A DNA stretch of 64,000 nt from a virus (taxonomy: Duplodnaviria > Caudoviricetes), in the IMG/VR virus record IMGVR_UViG_3300037454_000507, positions 5,005 through 69,004 of that record. One strand, 5' to 3'. The notes beneath the pieces were generated by a model. That model saw only the letters and a list, made by a program, of their open reading frames with translations. It ran no database searches and was not told where the DNA came from. Position 1 is the first letter of the stretch. Every line of letters begins with the position of its first letter. Positions 58,221 to 64,000 of this stretch are shown here, one piece after another. A program made the position numbers and the translations under genes.

Positions 58221-60122
58221 ATGAGTCTCTGTCGAGTATATGAATGGCAAAATATTAAAACCGTAAAGCTTTCTGACGCTTACGATGTTAAAATTAAAGT
58301 AAATGACGATACTACATTTGTAAAACTACCTGAATGTACTAACGCCACTTTGCCGTCATATAAGTATAAGGAAGAAATTTACAAATACGGCAATAACGAA
58401 AAGAAATATCTGATTCCTGATTATACAGGGCTTGAAGATTTGAGCCTGGAATTCATGGAAAATTACAGAGAAGATTCTAAAGATTTTGCATTTTTAAGAA
58501 TTCAAGATTTGGTGAATATATTCCTTAATAAGTTATTTGATTCTAGGACATTCGGATATAAGTTGTTCGACTACATAAGCGAAATTGTAGTTACGGTCTA
58601 TAAGAATAATTTCAGCGATGCCGTACTTGAGTATGTTTTTAAGAATTTGAAGCTTACCGATTATACAAAATATGAACTTGATTATTCATCCGGCGATATA
58701 GCTAAATGGACATTGAAATTCTCATATCAAGAATATTATGTCAATTATTTTGTTGCTGATAAAAAGCCTCCGAAAAAAGAAAAAGAAACGAAAAATGACA
58801 TGTATGCCGCACAGTATAATGCTATGATGGAAGCTCGCGGCCAAATGTATAAAGGCGGTCGAGGAATACGTACTCCACGAGAAGACCAGGTAATGGCAAA
58901 AAAGTATGAAGATTCTTTGAATAAGGGCGAAAGCGCATTGGACGAGGCAATTTCTGAAAAGAAAATCGAAAGACAGAAGAAACTTAACGAACTTAGCTCT
59001 CTTGAATCGATGAATAATAAACCAGTTTCTACGTTCGCAGAACATAAGAAACTTGAAGAAGCAAGGGAAAAAGTCGCAGCGGCTGAAGCGGCACTTGAAG
59101 CAGCAGAAGTAGACTTGGATATAAAAACGAAGAAACATGCGGAAGCTTCCGCAGAGCATGCAAGCGCGGTCAAGAACGCCGAAGAGACAGTCGCTAATGA
59201 AAATTCATTCCATGCAATGGTAACGGATAATAATGCCGTCAAGGAAGCAAAGGCACAGGAAGCCGGAGCAGCCAAGAGACGTTCTGAGGCGTTTAACTCG
59301 AAGGTCGAACAGGAAAAGGCAGTAGAGGCTGCAAAGAAAGCTTTGGAAGAGGCTAAGCTTGCGGAAGAAGAAGCTTTGGGTACATATAACCTTAAGGCAA
59401 GCCAGAATATTGATGTAGTAGATAGACAAAAAAGAATTGCACAGTTAAAATCTGAAATCAATACGATTAATTCTGAAATTGTAAATCTTAATAATGAAAA
59501 GACAGAGCAGGTAACTGTTGCACAAGAACAACAGCAAAGATTCTTGCAGGAACGTAATAGTATGTCTTCTGAGCAAAAGCTTCGTAATGCAAGGTATCAA
59601 GATACTGCAGAACATGCGATTAAGTCTAACGAATCTGAATCGGTCCGTGAATCCTGGTCTAATGACGCCAGTACAGAAATTGATTCTGATATTCATTCGT
59701 TGAATAGGCAACAGATGAAGGGAGAAGACGGATTTATAAAGAATAGCATTGAAGGCAAGCAGAAGAGGTTCTATGACAGGCAGGAACGTAGGTCGGATGC
59801 TGAAAAGGAAGCAATGGAAATTGCAGAACAAGCAGCCATCAGGCCTGAACTTATGGAACTTGAAGATCTTGAAGAATCTCCAGTAGTAGAACAGGCGCCG
59901 GCAAAGAAGATTGAAGTTACGAAAACGAAAACAGATGCCGGTGAATTGATAGACATCAAGAATTCTGAAAATGTATATAGTCATCCGGATTTCCAAGAAC
60001 GTGTTACGGCATTGTCTATGGAAATGTACAAGCCTGGAAAGAGCGATCCTCAGATGGTATATGAAAAGGCACAGGCCAAGGCCATGCAGGAATATCTTGA
60101 AGGAAAACTAAAATTAAAATAA
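58221..60122 (+). CDS. Tail-tube-like N-terminal domain fused to long Ala/Glu/Lys coiled coil
   Basis: NATLPSYKY...LSLEFMEN...LEYVFKNLKLTDYTKYELDYSSGDIAKWTLKFSY is gp19-like, followed by about 450 aa of heptad-rich sequence. Confidence 0.6.
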   Translation: MSLCRVYEWQNIKTVKLSDAYDVKIKVNDDTTFVKLPECTNATLPSYKYKEEIYKYGNNEKKYLIPDYTGLEDLSLEFMENYREDSKDFAFLRIQDLVNIFLNKLFDSRTFGYKLFDYISEIVVTVYKNNFSDAVLEYVFKNLKLTDYTKYELDYSSGDIAKWTLKFSYQEYYVNYFVADKKPPKKEKETKNDMYAAQYNAMMEARGQMYKGGRGIRTPREDQVMAKKYEDSLNKGESALDEAISEKKIERQKKLNELSSLESMNNKPVSTFAEHKKLEEAREKVAAAEAALEAAEVDLDIKTKKHAEASAEHASAVKNAEETVANENSFHAMVTDNNAVKEAKAQEAGAAKRRSEAFNSKVEQEKAVEAAKKALEEAKLAEEEALGTYNLKASQNIDVVDRQKRIAQLKSEINTINSEIVNLNNEKTEQVTVAQEQQQRFLQERNSMSSEQKLRNARYQDTAEHAIKSNESESVRESWSNDASTEIDSDIHSLNRQQMKGEDGFIKNSIEGKQKRFYDRQERRSDAEKEAMEIAEQAAIRPELMELEDLEESPVVEQAPAKKIEVTKTKTDAGELIDIKNSENVYSHPDFQERVTALSMEMYKPGKSDPQMVYEKAQAKAMQEYLEGKLKLK

Positions 60123-60145
60123 ATAAATAAGAAAAAGGATTTAAA

Positions 60146-60574
60146 ATGGAACAAGAACAATCATTTACCGCTTACTATGCAGAGACTAAGGATAACGAAT
60201 TCCAGAGTTTGTATTCTTTTGCAGTCGACGCATTGACATTCTCCAATAAGATTAATATTTATCACTGGCAGTGTGAAAAGGGATTTATCCACACACATCT
60301 CCAGGAAGTATATGAAGTCATTCGCGATTTCGCTGATGAACTTGTAGAGATTACGCTTGGAACCGGCACAGAATTCAAGATTGATGAAAAGACTTACAAG
60401 TTCTCTGACGAAATTTATAATAACGAAAATATGCAACGTAAGCTTCGTGCATTTATCGATGCGGTTGAAAATCTGTCCAAGCAGTTCCAGAATAAGATTG
60501 CCTTGAATAACCTTATGACTGATACGGTCCAGAAGCTTGAAAAGGAATATGGTCTGTTGACTCACTTCTCGTAA
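60146..60574 (+). CDS. Ferritin/Dps-like four-helix protein
   Basis: HWQ...HTHLQEVYE...FADELVE resembles the Dps HW...H..L.E.Y...D..AE pattern. Confidence 0.7.
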   Translation: MEQEQSFTAYYAETKDNEFQSLYSFAVDALTFSNKINIYHWQCEKGFIHTHLQEVYEVIRDFADELVEITLGTGTEFKIDEKTYKFSDEIYNNENMQRKLRAFIDAVENLSKQFQNKIALNNLMTDTVQKLEKEYGLLTHFS

Positions 60575-60589
60575 CAGGAGTTTATATAA

Positions 60590-60745
60590 ATGCGTGAATT
60601 GAACAATGATAATTTAGAACGTGCCAAAGAAATGCTTAAGAATGCCGGATATGATGTGGTTCGTAACTGTAATACAGATGTGAAGTCATTCGACCACGAG
60701 ACATTCCAGCAATATCTTGACAAGCATACGAACAAAGAAATTTAA
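60590..60745 (+). CDS. 51-aa protein with the AKEMLKNAGY motif (not in ORF track)
   Basis: AGGAG at 60576-60580; MRELNNDNLERAKEMLKNAGYDVVRNCNTDVKSFDHETFQQYLDKHTNKEI. Confidence 0.65.
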   Translation: MRELNNDNLERAKEMLKNAGYDVVRNCNTDVKSFDHETFQQYLDKHTNKEI

Positions 60746-60763
60746 AGATTGAACTAGATACCG

Positions 60764-60790
60764 AGGACCGTTTATACGGTCCTTTCTTTT
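60764..60790 (+). terminator. Rho-independent terminator
   Basis: AGGACCG-tttata-CGGTCCT followed by TTCTTTT. Confidence 0.75.
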
Positions 60791-60875
60791 TATTGATATT
60801 TACGGATTTTTTATTTTCCTTCCAAATGTTCACAAAAATTTACTATTTTTTGATTCAAAGTTAAAGAGGTAAACT

Positions 60876-61016
60876 ATGATTAACGATAATAATTGGGAAA
60901 TCTGGCTGTACAATGCCATCTCGCATATTCCTTCAAATGTCTCGCTCGGTGACGCTATGAAAGTCGAAGAAAAATTACGTGAAATTGTCCAGCAAGTAAG
61001 GACTACAGGATTATAA
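60876..61016 (+). CDS. 46-aa hypothetical protein (not in ORF track)
   Basis: GAGGT SD at 60866-60870; MINDNNWEIWLYNAISHIPSNVSLGDAMKVEEKLREIVQQVRTTGL. Confidence 0.5.
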   Translation: MINDNNWEIWLYNAISHIPSNVSLGDAMKVEEKLREIVQQVRTTGL

Positions 61017-61095
61017 ATAAAACACGCTCGAGAACTAATGTTGATTGTGACACTGTGAATAAACTGTTTGTAGAGTGTTTATAAAAAGGAAATAT

Positions 61096-63564
61096 ATGAT
61101 TAAAAACGTAATCAAACGAGATAATCGTAGACGTAAGTTTAATATAGCAAAAGTATATACCGCAATTGAAAACGCATTTAAGTCGATAGATGAAAAATAT
61201 ACAGAAGAAGGTATTGATCAGCTGGTCGACGAAGTAGTTGAAATAATTTCCGCAAATGATGCTAAGTCAGCCAGAGTTGAAGATATTCAGAATGTTATCG
61301 AAAAGACATTGATGAATAAGGGTTTCGGTTCAGTTGCCAAGGCATTTATTTTGTATAGAGACGAACGTAATCGTGCCCGTGAAACAAAATCAGAAATTGT
61401 TAAGACCATTAAGGAAATTACAGAATCTGACATCAAGAGTTCGAATATTCTTCGTGACAATGCGAACGAATCCGGCGCTACTCCTGCTGGTACATACGGT
61501 AAGATTGCATCCGAAACAAACAAGATGTATAACTTGCTGAATAACATCAACAGAAAGTATGCACAGGAACACAAGGACGGTCATTTACATATTCATGACC
61601 TTAACCAGTACAATTTGACATTCAACTGCCTTTTTGCACCGGTTGGTAAGTTACTAAAGACTGGTTTCGACTCTGGTACTGGTTATCTTCGTTCTCCGAA
61701 GTCTATCCAGACAGCCGCTGCTTTGACTGCTGTTATTCTTCAGCTCCAGTCTAACCAGCAATACGGTGGTATCGCTGACGATAACCTCGACTTTGATTTG
61801 GCGCCGTTTGTCGATATTTCATTTAAGAAGAATCTCAAGACTGAACTCGTTCGTTATCTTGAATATAATCCGGAACATGAAGACATTGACTTGAATGACA
61901 TCGAAACTATTTCGATGAACATGCCGGTTGAATTGCTTTATGCTAAGTTCCCGAAAGTTTGTGTTGACAAGGCAATCCAGACTACAGATGATGATACTCA
62001 TCAGGCTATGGAAGGTCTTATCGGTAATTTGAATTCTTTGCAGTCTCGTTCTGGAAACCAGGTTCCGTTTAGTTCTTTGAATTTTGGTCTTAATACTTCT
62101 AATTGCGGTCGTATGATTAGCAAGAACCTTATCAAGTCCCAGATGGAAGGTCTCGGTGACGGTTTGACTGCTATTTTCCCGATTTTGATTTTCAAGTTGA
62201 TGAAGGGTTATACAAAGAATCCGGAAGATCCGAATTATGACTTGTATCTTGATTCTATCAAGTGCCTTGCTCGTCGTTTCTATCCGAACTTTGTAAAGGT
62301 TGATAGTTCTTTCAATATGCCGTATGTTAAGTATAATACGAGTACGGTTGACCTTACCAGTGAAGAAGTTCTTGTCAAGGTTCGCGGTAAGAATGAAGCC
62401 AAGACAATTAAGCTGGAAAATCAGAAGTTTGAAATGCCGATTTACGAATATGATATGGGTATCGGTGATTACTGGGATATTACAGAAATCAACGGCTCTA
62501 CTCTTTCCGTACGTAAGCTTATCGAAAATACAACCATTTCTACTATGGGTTGTAGAACCCGTGTTATTGGTAATATTAACGGCGCAGAACAGACAACGGG
62601 ACGTGGAAACTTCGCATTCCATACGATTAACTTGCCTCGTCTTGCAATCGAAACCCACATCGAAGCTAAGGATGAAGAAGGACGTAAGCAGTTGTTTTTT
62701 AAGAAGCTTGACGATATGCTCGAAGATGCCAAGGGTAGTTTACTTGACCGTTTCTCTTTAATTTGTAATAAAACTTATGAGAATTTCCCGTTCACTATGC
62801 AGCAGGGTCTTTATCTCACGTCTGACGATGAACCGCATGATGTTACTGATAAGATTGGCGAAGTTCTTAAACAGGCATCTCTTTCTATCGGTTATGTCGG
62901 ATTGGCTGAAACAATGCTCTTGCTCACAGGTAAGACATACGGTATCGATCATGAAATCGATGATTACGCATTCTCTATCGTAAAGCATATTCGTGAATTT
63001 GTCGATAAGACTCAGAAGGAAACACATCTTAACTGGTCTTGTTTCGCTACTCCGGCTGAAGCTGTTGCTGGTCGTTTCGCAAATATTGACAAGAACCTTT
63101 TCCAGAACGAAAAGAAGCTTGCCGATGTCGATTTGCAGCGTGTCTTCGGTAAGGGTTATTACACGAACAGCCACATGCTTGATTATTCATTGGAAACATC
63201 CTTGGAAAATAAGATTAAGATGGAAGCTCCGTATCATAAGATTACGAACGCCGGTCATATCTTCTATTACAAGCTGAACGGCGACTTGTCTAAGAATCTT
63301 GAAGCAGTCAAGGCTACGATTGATGCCATGTATGACGGTGACTTGGGATATTTCACTTGTACGTTCGATAGCGATACTTGCACCAAGTGTCATTTCCATG
63401 GTATCATCAATAACGAATGCCCGTGCTGCGGTAACAAGAACGAAGACGAGATTATTCGTGTTAGAAGAATTACCGGATATTTGACTGGTTCGCCTAAGAA
63501 GACAATTTTCAAATCCTGGAACGATGGAAAATTAGCAGAATTGAGGGACCGTCACAATATTTAA
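61096..63564 (+). CDS. nrdD: Anaerobic (class III) ribonucleotide reductase with ATP cone
   Basis: VIKRD...VEDIQNVIE ATP cone; HIHDL, FNC, MGCRT, TPAE, CTKC/CPCC, RRITGYL glycyl motif. Start placed at ATG 61096, after AAGGA. Confidence 0.96.
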   Translation: MIKNVIKRDNRRRKFNIAKVYTAIENAFKSIDEKYTEEGIDQLVDEVVEIISANDAKSARVEDIQNVIEKTLMNKGFGSVAKAFILYRDERNRARETKSEIVKTIKEITESDIKSSNILRDNANESGATPAGTYGKIASETNKMYNLLNNINRKYAQEHKDGHLHIHDLNQYNLTFNCLFAPVGKLLKTGFDSGTGYLRSPKSIQTAAALTAVILQLQSNQQYGGIADDNLDFDLAPFVDISFKKNLKTELVRYLEYNPEHEDIDLNDIETISMNMPVELLYAKFPKVCVDKAIQTTDDDTHQAMEGLIGNLNSLQSRSGNQVPFSSLNFGLNTSNCGRMISKNLIKSQMEGLGDGLTAIFPILIFKLMKGYTKNPEDPNYDLYLDSIKCLARRFYPNFVKVDSSFNMPYVKYNTSTVDLTSEEVLVKVRGKNEAKTIKLENQKFEMPIYEYDMGIGDYWDITEINGSTLSVRKLIENTTISTMGCRTRVIGNINGAEQTTGRGNFAFHTINLPRLAIETHIEAKDEEGRKQLFFKKLDDMLEDAKGSLLDRFSLICNKTYENFPFTMQQGLYLTSDDEPHDVTDKIGEVLKQASLSIGYVGLAETMLLLTGKTYGIDHEIDDYAFSIVKHIREFVDKTQKETHLNWSCFATPAEAVAGRFANIDKNLFQNEKKLADVDLQRVFGKGYYTNSHMLDYSLETSLENKIKMEAPYHKITNAGHIFYYKLNGDLSKNLEAVKATIDAMYDGDLGYFTCTFDSDTCTKCHFHGIINNECPCCGNKNEDEIIRVRRITGYLTGSPKKTIFKSWNDGKLAELRDRHNI

Positions 63565-63579
63565 TTGAAATTTCGGATT

Positions 63580-63613
63580 AAAATCATACAGACCCAAAAT
63601 CTGTATGATTTTT
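63580..63613 (+). terminator. Hairpin/terminator between nrdD and the PQ-loop gene
   Basis: AAAATCATACAGA-cccaaaa-TCTGTATGATTTT. Confidence 0.6.
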
Positions 63614-63632
63614 CTATCTTTATAAGGAAATT

Positions 63633-63923
63633 ATGTTAGATACAATAATGTTATTAATCGGATATACTGGGGCTTTGGCATTTGCAGTTTGTTCATTGCC
63701 GCAGGTAATCAAGGCTTATAAGACGAAATCTACCGGTGATATTAGTATTTTCTTTATTATACTTTCTATTATCGGAAATCTTTGCAGTGCCGCATATATT
63801 TTCTATACGAATTTTATAAGCGGGATGTGGCAATATCCTCAATATGTAAATTATACTCTGGCAACGATTTTCATATTCATCTTGCTTGGACTGAAACTTA
63901 AATACGATAAGGATAAAAAATGA
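63633..63923 (+). CDS. SemiSWEET / PQ-loop membrane transporter
   Basis: Three TM segments; SLPQVIKAYKTKSTGDIS is the PQ-loop signature. Confidence 0.85.
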   Translation: MLDTIMLLIGYTGALAFAVCSLPQVIKAYKTKSTGDISIFFIILSIIGNLCSAAYIFYTNFISGMWQYPQYVNYTLATIFIFILLGLKLKYDKDKK

Positions 63924-64000
63924 ATTATTCAAAGATAGATCTTATGAGTATTGTCGACGGCGAAGGTTGTCGTGTTACTCTGTTCGTTTCTGGTTGTAGG
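63920..64000 (+). CDS. nrdG: Anaerobic RNR activase (partial, runs off window end)
   Basis: MNYSKIDLMSIVDGEGCRVTLFVSGCR is the canonical NrdG N-terminus. Confidence 0.85.
   Translation, partial: MNYSKIDLMSIVDGEGCRVTLFVSGCR

Noticed and set aside
62330-62520. Possible intein or intron in nrdD
   Set aside because: The frame is uninterrupted and there is no Cys/Ser start with an HN-C/S/T end, so it is kept only as a plain insertion.
1-64000. Stop-codon reassignment, as in some large gut phages
   Set aside because: The standard code gives full-length, densely packed genes, and no conserved gene is broken by in-frame TAG or TGA.

Overview
The window is a 64-kb slice of a large, AT-rich T4-like myophage genome. 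It is read in the standard code, and no tRNA, rRNA or CRISPR array was found. It carries most of a virion-assembly module, scrambled over both strands: gp55 late sigma, regA, gp14, gp4, gp16, gp6, gp20 portal, gp19 tube, gp18 sheath, gp22/gp23/gp21 head genes, gp25, gp5, gp27-like and gp29-like genes. It also encodes a RuvC-like resolvase, a nucleotidase, a glycosyltransferase and an anaerobic nrdD-[SemiSWEET]-nrdG locus, which points to an anaerobic host. The strongest finding is a large terminase broken into two genes about 45 kb apart on opposite strands. The ATPase half (49654-50580, +) ends in a 36-aa N-intein, and the nuclease half (3248-4306, -) begins with a 101-aa C-intein ending HN/C, so the enzyme should be rebuilt by trans-splicing of an atypically split intein. 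Other notable items: a 95-aa basic protein carrying a 20/25-identical copy of a major capsid protein N-terminal segment; a recurrent EAxxL(L/V)xxAGY motif; a roughly 390-nt promoter-driven structured non-coding region; many apparently leaderless late genes; a Zn-finger/Vsr-like nuclease/methyltransferase fusion; and a tube-like domain fused to an amidase-like domain. All family assignments come from motif recognition by eye, not from database searches.
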